From Candidatus Aminicenantes bacterium (GTDB taxonomy: Bacteria > Acidobacteriota > Aminicenantia > Aminicenantales > Saccharicenantaceae): a stretch of DNA of 64,000 nt. Positions within the stretch are counted from its first letter, which is position 1, and each line of letters begins with the position of its first letter. The notes under the pieces are model-generated. The model did not search any database. It saw only the letters and a list, made by a program, of their open reading frames with translations, and was not told where the DNA came from. This document shows, one piece after another, positions 9,813 to 17,887 of the stretch. Location: contig JAPKZD010000003.1 of assembly GCA_026393975.1 (NCBI GenBank), forward strand, positions 161,814 through 225,813, read 5' to 3'. A program made the position numbers and the translations under genes.

Positions 9813-12576
9813 AGAACTCTGCCGGGGACGCGGTCCCGCCGCCGGGGCCGCCCTGGTGCTCGCGGCGGTCCTCGCTTTCGCCGGCGTCCGGACGGTCCGG
9901 GCCCAGGACGTCGGAGCCGCGGTCGTTGCCAAGGTCGCGGTCGAGGCCGACGGAAAGCCCGCCGAAAGGGGGCTCCTCGACCTCATCCCCATCAAGCCGG
10001 GTGATCCCTATTCGCCGCGGCTCGTGGACCAGGCCGTCAAACAGATCTTCCGCACGGGCCTCTTCGCCGACGTCAGGGTTCTGAAGAGCGGAGAGGACCG
10101 CGTCGAGCTCGTCTTCGCCCTCGTCAGGAACCTGTTCATCAACAACGTCTTTTTCCGCGGCTCGAAGGCTTCATCGGCGCGTCTGAGAGATAGTCTCGTC
10201 TCCCTTAGGCCGGGAGGCATCTTCCAGGAGGACCGATTGGCCGAAGCGGTCAAGGAGGTTCGGGAGGGGTTGAGGAAGGAGGGGTATTTCGGTGCCTCGG
10301 TCGACTGCGACGTCCAGCGGAAGGCCGGCGATACCACGGTCAACCTCGTCTTCCGGGCGTCCTCCTGGAAGACCTACCGCATCGGGGCGCTCGATATCGA
10401 GTGGAAGGCCGATATCCCCCAGCGGACACTTCTCGGGAAGATGAAAAGCCGGGTCGGCAAGGTTTACGTGCCCAGCCTCATCGAGGCCGACCTCGCGGCC
10501 TTGACCGCCGCCCTGGGCAAGCGGGGCTACCGGCGGGCCGAGGTCCGCCTGGCCGGCGAGGCTTTCGACGAGGAGAAGTCCCGAGTGGACCTCCGCGTCG
10601 AGATCTTGCCGCAGGAGAAGATCACTATCGTCGTCAACGGGGCGAAGGTCCCCTTGCGGCTCCTCGAACCGATTTGGGAGGAGCGGGTGTTCGAGCAGTG
10701 GGGGCTGGCCGAGGGCGAGGCCAGGGTCCTCAACCACGTCCGTAGGAAGGGCTACCTGTTTGCCTCCGTCAAGAGCCGGGTCGAAAGGGGGCCGGACGAG
10801 ATCCGTATCGTCCACGACGTCACCCCGGGCGGGAAATTCAACATCGAGGGCGTCGATTTCCGGGGCCTGACCGCGTTCACCGACCTGGACATGAAGAACC
10901 GGCTGGCCGTCAGTGCGGGAGTGCCTTTCTTCGGCCTCCTCGGTTACGACCGGCTGTTCTCCATCCCGCGGGAGGTCGAGGCCTTCTATAAGGAAAACGG
11001 CTTCGCCGACGTCCAGGTCCGGTTGGAACTGGTCAAGCAGAAGACGGGTGTCCGGGCCGTCTTCGACGTCCGGGAGGGGCCAAAGACGACCGTCGAAGCC
11101 ATCCGGCTCGAAGGGACGTCCCTTTTCCCCGCCGACGCCTTCATTCGCGAACTGGTCAGCCGGCAGGGCGGCCCGTACTATCCGCCCAATATCCAGAGCG
11201 ACGTCGGCCAGATCGAGAGCTTCTATCTCAACCGCGGTGTCCGCGGGACCGAGGTCGTCGCCCGCGTCGAGCCTGCGGCGGAGAACCGGGTTTCGCTCGT
11301 CTACGAGATCCAGGAAGGCGAAAAGGTCACCGTCCGGGACGTCTTCGTCACCGGGAACCGGACCACGAAAAACCGGGTCATCGGGAAGGAGTTGCGGATC
11401 GGGAAGGGCGACGAGGCCGACTATTCGAAGATTCAGGAGACGAAACGCCGGCTCGAACGCCTCGGCATCTTCTCCGAGGTCCGGGTGGATGAGGTCCGGA
11501 CCGGGCTCCGGGACGAGGTCGTGGTCGTCACCCTCCGGGAGGGGGAAAAGAACTACGCCGGCGCCGGCCTCGGGTTCGAATCCCTGACCCCGCTTAGCGG
11601 CTCTCTCGCCGCCTGGCCCAACGATTTCCGCCCCCGGGGCACGGCGGAGTACATCCGCAGCAACGTCTTCGGCCTCGGGGCGCAGGCCGGCCTCCTGGGC
11701 CAGCTCAGCACGGTCGAGAGACGGGCGATCGCCTCCTGGAACCAGCCCTACCTTTTCGGACTGGCCATGCCGACGACGCTGCTCGCCTGGGCCGAGAGGG
11801 AGGAGCGGGAGAGCTTCACCTACGACCGCCGCGGCGTCAGTCTGAGCACCGTCAAGTCTCTGAGCAAGGCCCGGCTCCTTCTGGTCTCATTGAGCTTGAC
11901 TCGGACGGCTCTGCCCAAGGTCGACCTTGAAAATCCCCCGCCCGATATTGACAGGCGCTTTCTCCCCTATTCGGCGGCGCTTGTTTCGTTCAGCCTGAGC
12001 TGGGAGAGACGGGACGACACGCTGAACCCCGAGAAGGGCTTCTTTTTCAGCGTTGCCGGCGAGTGGGGCGTTCCGGTCCTCGGGATGGAATCGGACTACC
12101 AGAAGCTCTTCTTCAAGTCCCAGATCTTTCGGCCTCTGCCCGGAGGTCTGAACCTCGGGCTGACGGCCAGGCTGGGGCTCGGGAACGGTCTGAGGCACCT
12201 GCCGGAGAGGTTCTTCGCCGGGGGGAGCAATACGTTCCGGGGGGAGGAGTTCGACATGCTCGGTCCCCTAGACACGACGACGCTCAAGCCTCTCGGGGGC
12301 GAGGCCGTCTTTCTGATCAACTCGGAGCTCGTCTTCGCCGTCGTTCCCTCGTGGAAGGAGCTCCGGCTGGCCGCCTTTCTCGACCTCGCCAACGTTTACA
12401 GCAGCCTGAGGCAATTCCGGCCTCTCGAACTCCAGGGGGCCGCTGGCGCGGGTATCCGCTACCGGACGCCGCTCGGACCTGTGCGCGTGGAGATCGCCTG
12501 GAAACTCTGGGGCATCGACGTTCAGGACAAGAAGGGGAAACCCCTCGTCTTCCTGACGATCGGAAATATCTTCTAG
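9787..12576 (+). CDS. bamA: Outer membrane protein assembly factor BamA (POTRA repeats plus Omp85 barrel)
   Basis: 929 aa. Signal peptide, repeated POTRA-like segments, and a C-terminal barrel ending ..TIGNIF with terminal Phe. The ATG at 9787 overlaps the tamB 3' end. A later start is possible. Confidence 0.85.
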   Translation: MSSTVSASRELCRGRGPAAGAALVLAAVLAFAGVRTVRAQDVGAAVVAKVAVEADGKPAERGLLDLIPIKPGDPYSPRLVDQAVKQIFRTGLFADVRVLKSGEDRVELVFALVRNLFINNVFFRGSKASSARLRDSLVSLRPGGIFQEDRLAEAVKEVREGLRKEGYFGASVDCDVQRKAGDTTVNLVFRASSWKTYRIGALDIEWKADIPQRTLLGKMKSRVGKVYVPSLIEADLAALTAALGKRGYRRAEVRLAGEAFDEEKSRVDLRVEILPQEKITIVVNGAKVPLRLLEPIWEERVFEQWGLAEGEARVLNHVRRKGYLFASVKSRVERGPDEIRIVHDVTPGGKFNIEGVDFRGLTAFTDLDMKNRLAVSAGVPFFGLLGYDRLFSIPREVEAFYKENGFADVQVRLELVKQKTGVRAVFDVREGPKTTVEAIRLEGTSLFPADAFIRELVSRQGGPYYPPNIQSDVGQIESFYLNRGVRGTEVVARVEPAAENRVSLVYEIQEGEKVTVRDVFVTGNRTTKNRVIGKELRIGKGDEADYSKIQETKRRLERLGIFSEVRVDEVRTGLRDEVVVVTLREGEKNYAGAGLGFESLTPLSGSLAAWPNDFRPRGTAEYIRSNVFGLGAQAGLLGQLSTVERRAIASWNQPYLFGLAMPTTLLAWAEREERESFTYDRRGVSLSTVKSLSKARLLLVSLSLTRTALPKVDLENPPPDIDRRFLPYSAALVSFSLSWERRDDTLNPEKGFFFSVAGEWGVPVLGMESDYQKLFFKSQIFRPLPGGLNLGLTARLGLGNGLRHLPERFFAGGSNTFRGEEFDMLGPLDTTTLKPLGGEAVFLINSELVFAVVPSWKELRLAAFLDLANVYSSLRQFRPLELQGAAGAGIRYRTPLGPVRVEIAWKLWGIDVQDKKGKPLVFLTIGNIF

Positions 12577-12589
12577 GGCGGGGACAACG

Positions 12590-13219
12590 ATGACGAAAAG
12601 GATCATGCTCCTGACATTTCTGGCGGCGGCCGCCGGCCTGGCCCAGACCGTCAACTGCCTGGTCGCGGTCGTCAACGGCGAGATCATCACTCTCCTCGAC
12701 GTCGAGGTCGCGGCCGAGTTCGGCCTGGGTCGCGAAGCCTCCGTCGAGACGGGGCGGGACCCGCGTCTCGCGGCCCTCGACGCGCTCATAGACAGGAAGG
12801 TCGTCCTGGACCTGGCCCAGGAGGCCCGGGGGATCGACCCGGAGGAGCTCGCCGCCGCGCTCGCCGACTTGCGCCGCGGGTTCGGCGAAAGCGCCTTCGC
12901 CTCGAAACTCGTCAAGTTCGGTCTCGCCGAGAAGGACCTCGAGCCCTATCTCCGGGACGGGCTCCTCTACGACAGGGCCCTGGCCCTGAGGTTCAGCGCC
13001 ACGATCCCCGTGTCGCTCACGGAGATCGAGAGGCATTACCGGGATAGCTACGTCCCGGAGCAGACCCGTCTCGGCAAGGCGGTCGAACCGCTCGAACGGG
13101 TCGCCGAGCGGATCGAATCGCTGCTGCGGGAGGAGAGGCGGACGAAGCAGACGGCCGACTGGGTCAGAGACCTGAGAAAGCGGGCTAATATCCAGCTCAA
13201 GAAAGACTGCCTGAAATGA
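12590..13219 (+). CDS. SurA N-terminal-domain-like periplasmic chaperone (no PPIase domain)
   Basis: 209 aa. Signal peptide, then LVAVVNGEIITLLDV.., typical of the SurA N-terminal chaperone domain. Sits directly after bamA. Confidence 0.55.
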   Translation: MTKRIMLLTFLAAAAGLAQTVNCLVAVVNGEIITLLDVEVAAEFGLGREASVETGRDPRLAALDALIDRKVVLDLAQEARGIDPEELAAALADLRRGFGESAFASKLVKFGLAEKDLEPYLRDGLLYDRALALRFSATIPVSLTEIERHYRDSYVPEQTRLGKAVEPLERVAERIESLLREERRTKQTADWVRDLRKRANIQLKKDCLK

Positions 13220-14145
13220 ACATCGCCTATCTTTTTCCGGGGCAGGGGTCCCAGGCCGTGGGCATGGGCAAGGACCTCTACGACAAGTCGCCCGAGGCCC
13301 GCGAGCTTTTTGAAACGGCCGACGAGGTCCTCGGCTTTCCCATTTCCAAGATATGTTTCGAGGGGCCCGAGGAGGAGCTCCGGCTGACCCGGAACACCCA
13401 GCCGGCCCTGCTCGTCGTCAGCACGGCCGCCTGCCGCCTGCTCGGCCGCGACCCCGCCGTGACCGCCGGCCACAGCCTGGGGGAATATTCGGCCCTCGTC
13501 GCCGCCGGCTGCCTTCGCTTCGAGGACGCCGTCCTTCTCGTCCACAAGAGAGGCCGCTACATGCAGGAAGCCGTTCCCGTCGGGATCGGGGGGATGGCCG
13601 CGATCCTCGGCGTTCCCGGCGACGTGGTCGAGGGACATCTCGCCGCCGTGCGCTCGGGCGTCGTCGAGATCGCCAACTGGAACAGCGACGACCAGATCGT
13701 CATCTCCGGCGAGAAGGCCGCTGTCGAGGAGGCCCTGGCCGCGATCAAGGCGCCGCGGTCGGTCATGCTGCCGGTCAGCGCGCCTTTCCATTCCCGGCTG
13801 ATGAAGCCGGCCGAAGAGAGGCTCGCCGCCGACCTCGACGCGGTCCCGTTCGCGGAGCCGCGCTTCCCGGTCATCACCAACGTCGACGCCCGGCTCATCC
13901 GGACGGCGGAGGAGGCTCGGGACGCCCTCAAACGGCAGGTCAGCCGCTCCGTCCTCTGGACAAAGTCCATGGGTCTTTTAAAAGAGATGGACATCGAAGT
14001 GTGCGTCGAGTGCGGGCCGGGGAAGGTCCTGGCCGGCCTGCTGAAGCGGGCGAGCCGGGGATGGTCCACGCCGCCGGCGGTCCACAACGTGGAGAACTGG
14101 GAAGGGCTGGAGAAGGCGAGGGCGGCCCTATTCGGCTTGCTGTGA
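13216..14145 (+). CDS. fabD: Malonyl CoA-ACP transacylase
   Basis: MNIAYLFPGQGSQAVGMG and the GHSLGEYSAL active-site motif. The ATG overlaps the upstream TGA. Confidence 0.9.
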   Translation: MNIAYLFPGQGSQAVGMGKDLYDKSPEARELFETADEVLGFPISKICFEGPEEELRLTRNTQPALLVVSTAACRLLGRDPAVTAGHSLGEYSALVAAGCLRFEDAVLLVHKRGRYMQEAVPVGIGGMAAILGVPGDVVEGHLAAVRSGVVEIANWNSDDQIVISGEKAAVEEALAAIKAPRSVMLPVSAPFHSRLMKPAEERLAADLDAVPFAEPRFPVITNVDARLIRTAEEARDALKRQVSRSVLWTKSMGLLKEMDIEVCVECGPGKVLAGLLKRASRGWSTPPAVHNVENWEGLEKARAALFGLL

Positions 14146-14673
14146 GATAACCCGGGGGCCGTAGCGCACGAAATATTCGACGGCCGAGGCGACGGCCAGG
14201 ACGAACACGAGCCAAAGCCCGACCTTGGCCGCGATGTAGAATTTCCCCAAATAGATCGGGCCCAGGACGAGGGCGCCGATGACCCAGGATTCACTGCCCA
14301 TCTTGGCCTTTCCGAAGGCCGAGGCGGGGATGTTGACCCCCTTGGACGAGGCCATGGCCCGGAAGCCGCTGACGGCGATCTCCCGCCCGATGATGACGAT
14401 GGCCGCCCAGGCCGGGACCCGGCCGAGCCCGACGAGGCAGATAAGGGCCGAGGCGATGAGGAGTTTGTCGGCCGTCGGGTCGAGGAGCTGGCCGAGGACG
14501 GTGACGAGCTCCTTCCGGCGGGCCAGCCAGCCGTCGAGCCAGTCCGTCAGGGATGCGAAGGTGAAGATGATCACGGCGACGAGGTCGTGGCCCTTGAAAT
14601 TCGTCAGCATCACGGCCACGAGGGCCGGGATGGCGAGAATCCTGGCCAGGCTGAGGTAATTGGGGACGTTCAC
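14128..14673 (-). CDS. pgsA: CDP-diacylglycerol--glycerol-3-phosphate 3-phosphatidyltransferase (CDP-alcohol phosphatidyltransferase)
   Basis: 181 aa. PNYLSLARI...D.LDG.LAR...G..LDP.AD motif. Convergent with fabD, overlapping by 18 bp. Confidence 0.8.
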   Translation of the reverse strand: MNVPNYLSLARILAIPALVAVMLTNFKGHDLVAVIIFTFASLTDWLDGWLARRKELVTVLGQLLDPTADKLLIASALICLVGLGRVPAWAAIVIIGREIAVSGFRAMASSKGVNIPASAFGKAKMGSESWVIGALVLGPIYLGKFYIAAKVGLWLVFVLAVASAVEYFVRYGPRVISQQAE

Positions 14674-14711
14674 GCCCCGAGATTACACTAGCTCCCCAGG
14701 ATGTGTCAATC

Positions 14712-14740
14712 TTGCAAAAACGGAGATCCCTCGCTATAGT
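14712..14740 (+). promoter_or_regulatory. Putative sigma70 promoter of mutS (TTGCAA-17-TATAGT)
   Basis: TTGCAA at 14712-14717, a 17-nt spacer, TATAGT at 14735-14740. The -10 ends 12 nt before the chosen mutS ATG, implying a very short leader. Confidence 0.4.
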
Positions 14741-14752
14741 GTGATTTCGCCC

Positions 14753-17392
14753 ATGGCCAACGACAGCTCCCTGACTCCGATGATGGAGCAGTATTTCCGG
14801 ATCAAGGAGCTCCACCGCGATGCCCTCCTCTTCTTCCGCCTCGGCGATTTCTACGAGATGTTCTACGACGACGCCAAGCTCGCCGCGCCCATCCTCGACA
14901 TCGCCCTGACTTCGCGGCAGAAGGTGCCGATGTGCGGCGTCCCGTACCACGCCGTCGGCTCTTATCTCCCGAAACTCCTGCGCCAGGGCCACAAGGTCGC
15001 TATCTGCGAGCAGGTCGAGGATCCCAAGGCGGCCAAGGGCGTCGTCAGGCGCGAGGTCATCAAGGTCTTAACGCCCGGAACCGCAGTCGAGTTCGAGACG
15101 GAGGACGCCAAGGAGAGCACGTTCATCGTCTCCCTGGCCCTCGAAGAGGATGGGTGGGGGATGGCTCTCGTCGACCTCGTCGCCGGCGAGGTCCGCGCCC
15201 TCCAGGGGGCCTGGCCCGAGGCCAAGCTCCTGGCCGACGAGATTTTCAAGTCGGCGCCCAAGGAGATCCTCTACCCGGAAGGGGCGGAGGACGCCCTGCA
15301 GCGCGTCCTTTCGCTCAGCGGGACGGCCGGCGTCGCTCTGAGCCCGGCTGAGGGTTGGCTCTTCGACCCGCCTCAGGCGGCCCGCGTCGTCCTCGAGCAC
15401 TTCGGCGCGCGCTCCCTCGCCGGGTTCGGCCTCGAGGATAAGCGTCTCGCGGTCGCCGCGGCCGGGGCCCTCATCGCCTACGTTAAGAAGGTCCGCCAGG
15501 ACTCCCTGTCCCTCGTCCACCGGATCTCCTACCTCCACAGCGGAAACCACCTCGTCCTCGACGCGACGACGGTCCGCAACTTGGAGCTCGTCCGCAATCT
15601 GCGCGAGGGCAAGGTCAAGGACACGCTCCTGGAAGTCATCGACTTCACCTTGACGGCTCCGGGCGGTCGACTCCTCCGCTCTTGGCTCCTGCGGCCCCTC
15701 TTCGACACGAAGGAGATCGCGGCGAGGCAGGACGGCGTCGCCGAGGCCCTCGGAGCGACCATCGGCCGCCGCGAGCTGCGCGAGGTCCTGAAAGGAGTTC
15801 ACGACCTGGAGCGACTGGCCGGGAAGATCGCCCTCGCCGCGGCCCATCCGCGGGACCTCGTCGCGCTCAAAAAATCCTTGGTTCCCTTGCCCCGGGTCCA
15901 GCGCGAGCTCGGCGCTTTTTCAGCCGAGATCTTCGGGACGATGTCCGGACGCTGGGACAATGCCGAGGACGTCGCCGGCCTCATCGAGAAGGCCATCCTC
16001 GACGAGCCGGCCTTCCTCCTGACCGAGGGCGGCATCGTCAAGGACGGCTGGAACGCCGAGCTCGACGACCTGCGCTCGGTCAGCCGGTCCGGGAAGTCCT
16101 TCATCGCCCAGCTCGAGAAACGCGAGCGGGAGCGGACGGGCATCGGCTCCCTCAAGGTCCGCTACAACAAGGTCTTCGGCTACTACATCGACGTGACGAA
16201 ACCCAACCTGCCCCAGGTCCCGGCCGACTACATGCGGAAGCAGACGCTCGTCAATTCCGAGCGTTTTCTGACGCCCGAGCTCAAGGAATACGAAGAGAAG
16301 GTCCTCCATGCCGAAGAGCGGATCGGGATCCTCGAGCACCGCCTCTTCCTCGAGGTCCGCGTGGACGTGGCCCGGGAAACCCGCCGCCTGCAAAAGATCG
16401 CGGCCGACATCGCCGCGATCGACGTCCTCCTGGCCCTGGCCGAGTGTGCGGCCCGGCGGAACTACGTCCGTCCCGCGGTCGACGAGGGGGACGCGCTCCG
16501 CATCGAGGCCGGACGCCACCCCGTCATCGAGACGGCCCAGGCGGAGCCCTTCATCCCCAACGATCTCGATCTCGACGCGGCCTCGAATCAGATCCTGATC
16601 ATCACCGGTCCGAACATGGGTGGGAAGTCGACCTTTCTGAGGCAGGCGGCGCTCATCTCCATCCTCGGCCAGATGGGCTCGTTCGTCCCGGCAAAATCCG
16701 CGGTGCTCGGACTCGTCGACCGCATCTTCACCCGGATCGGGGCCATGGATTTCCTCAGCGTCGGGCAGTCGACGTTCATGGTCGAGATGCTCGAAACGGC
16801 AAGCATCCTCCACAATGCCACGTCGCGCAGTCTCATCCTCCTCGACGAGGTCGGCCGGGGCACGAGCACGTTCGACGGCCTGAGCATCGCCTGGGCCGTG
16901 GCCGAGCGCCTCCACGAGCGCGAGGGTCTCCGGCCGAAGACGCTCTTCGCTACCCACTACCACGAGCTGACCGAGCTCGCTCTGACCCTGCCGAGGATCA
17001 AGAACTACCACGTTTCCGTCAGGGAATGGAAGGACGAGGTCGTCTTCCTGCGCAAGATCGTCCCCGGGCCTTCCGACCAGAGCTACGGCATCCACGTCGC
17101 CAAGCTGGCCGGCATCCCGAAGGACGTCATCGAGCGGGCCCGGGAGATCCTCTTCAACCTGGAGAAGCAGGAGCTCGACGAAGCCGGCCTGCCCCGGCTG
17201 GCCTACCGCGGCCGGGCGGCGAAGGACCGCAGCCAGCTCTTCCTTTTCGCCGAGGACCGGGAGTTCGCCCTTCTCCGCGAACTCAAGGAAGAAATCGAAG
17301 GCCTCGACCTCTCTTCGCTAACCCCCCTCGACGCCCTGAACCGTCTCGCCAAACTCAAGGGCCGGCTTGAGCCCGGCCCGTCCGGTCAATAA
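14753..17392 (+). CDS. mutS: DNA mismatch repair protein MutS
   Basis: TPMMEQYFRIKELH..LGDFYEMFYDDA aligns with the E. coli MutS N-terminus. Walker A TGPNMGGKST is present. ATG 14753 is chosen over 14660 because the promoter lies inside the longer ORF. Confidence 0.9.
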   Translation: MANDSSLTPMMEQYFRIKELHRDALLFFRLGDFYEMFYDDAKLAAPILDIALTSRQKVPMCGVPYHAVGSYLPKLLRQGHKVAICEQVEDPKAAKGVVRREVIKVLTPGTAVEFETEDAKESTFIVSLALEEDGWGMALVDLVAGEVRALQGAWPEAKLLADEIFKSAPKEILYPEGAEDALQRVLSLSGTAGVALSPAEGWLFDPPQAARVVLEHFGARSLAGFGLEDKRLAVAAAGALIAYVKKVRQDSLSLVHRISYLHSGNHLVLDATTVRNLELVRNLREGKVKDTLLEVIDFTLTAPGGRLLRSWLLRPLFDTKEIAARQDGVAEALGATIGRRELREVLKGVHDLERLAGKIALAAAHPRDLVALKKSLVPLPRVQRELGAFSAEIFGTMSGRWDNAEDVAGLIEKAILDEPAFLLTEGGIVKDGWNAELDDLRSVSRSGKSFIAQLEKRERERTGIGSLKVRYNKVFGYYIDVTKPNLPQVPADYMRKQTLVNSERFLTPELKEYEEKVLHAEERIGILEHRLFLEVRVDVARETRRLQKIAADIAAIDVLLALAECAARRNYVRPAVDEGDALRIEAGRHPVIETAQAEPFIPNDLDLDAASNQILIITGPNMGGKSTFLRQAALISILGQMGSFVPAKSAVLGLVDRIFTRIGAMDFLSVGQSTFMVEMLETASILHNATSRSLILLDEVGRGTSTFDGLSIAWAVAERLHEREGLRPKTLFATHYHELTELALTLPRIKNYHVSVREWKDEVVFLRKIVPGPSDQSYGIHVAKLAGIPKDVIERAREILFNLEKQELDEAGLPRLAYRGRAAKDRSQLFLFAEDREFALLRELKEEIEGLDLSSLTPLDALNRLAKLKGRLEPGPSGQ

Positions 17393-17739
17393 GTCTCGGA
17401 CTCGTCCTCGACCGAGAACCCTTCCTCGATATCCTCTTCCTCTTCCTCGTCTTCGTCCTCGTCGTAGGCCTTGCCCCCGTTGTCTTTGTGGGAAGCTTCC
17501 CCGTCGTCCTCTTTCCGTTCTTCCAGGGCCCTGTCGAACTCGTCACGGTCCTCGTAACGCCGGATGGTGTTCACGGCCGAGTCGCTGTAACAGAGCTCGA
17601 GAAAGTCCTCTTCGATGATACAAAATACGGACATGCTGTGGCCCGTTTGGAGGTTGCCGACGGTTTCGACGCTCTCGACGCTCTTCGACTTCTTGATCGC
17701 GTCGAGCGTCAGCCAGCTTGTCACTTCCATTTCTTCCAT
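17386..17739 (-). CDS. Hypothetical small acidic protein (117 aa, C-terminal poly-Asp/Glu tail)
   Basis: ORF with an AGGAG RBS 5 nt upstream and a near-consensus promoter upstream. The C-terminus is DEDEDEEEEEDIEEGFSVEDESETY. Convergent with mutS, overlapping by 7 nt. Confidence 0.5.
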   Translation of the reverse strand: MEEMEVTSWLTLDAIKKSKSVESVETVGNLQTGHSMSVFCIIEEDFLELCYSDSAVNTIRRYEDRDEFDRALEERKEDDGEASHKDNGGKAYDEDEDEEEEEDIEEGFSVEDESETY

Positions 17740-17759
17740 GACGCGCTCCTACCGACAAT

Positions 17760-17788
17760 AAATATTCATTTATTTTTGAATTGTCAAG
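17760..17788 (-). promoter_or_regulatory. Putative sigma70 promoter for the acidic-protein gene (TTGACA-17/18-ATATTT/TATTTA) overlapping an AATAAAT-ATTC-ATTTATT inverted repeat
   Basis: Reverse complement of 17783-17788 is TTGACA. The -10 is AT-rich. The palindrome at 17757-17774 sits in an AT-rich island unusual for this GC-rich genome. Confidence 0.4.
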
Positions 17789-17826
17789 GGGGGCGTCGAG
17801 TCCCGGCGGCATCGCCCCGCTGCGCC

Positions 17827-17855
17827 TTGACAGCCCCGGGTTCGGGGTCTTTAAT
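17827..17855 (+). promoter_or_regulatory. Putative sigma70 promoter of clpB (TTGACA-17-TTTAAT) with a hairpin-forming spacer
   Basis: TTGACA at 17827-17832, spacer gccccgggttcggggtc (self-complementary), TTTAAT at 17850-17855. Followed by GGGAGG, then ATG 17888. Confidence 0.45.
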
Positions 17856-17887
17856 AGTAAGGATATTCCTTCAGGGAGGTGCGTCCG

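Noticed and set aside
14660-14752. Earlier ATG start for mutS
   Set aside because: The predicted promoter lies inside this extension, and the MutS family N-terminus aligns from the Met at 14753.
17827-17855. Shared hairpin-spacer motif between the clpB and leuC promoters (gccccgggttcggggtc vs aggcctccgggccccca)
   Set aside because: Both spacers are GC-rich palindromes, but they share no common sequence beyond CCGGG. This is probably coincidental in GC-rich DNA. It is not a CIRCE element or a sigma32 consensus.
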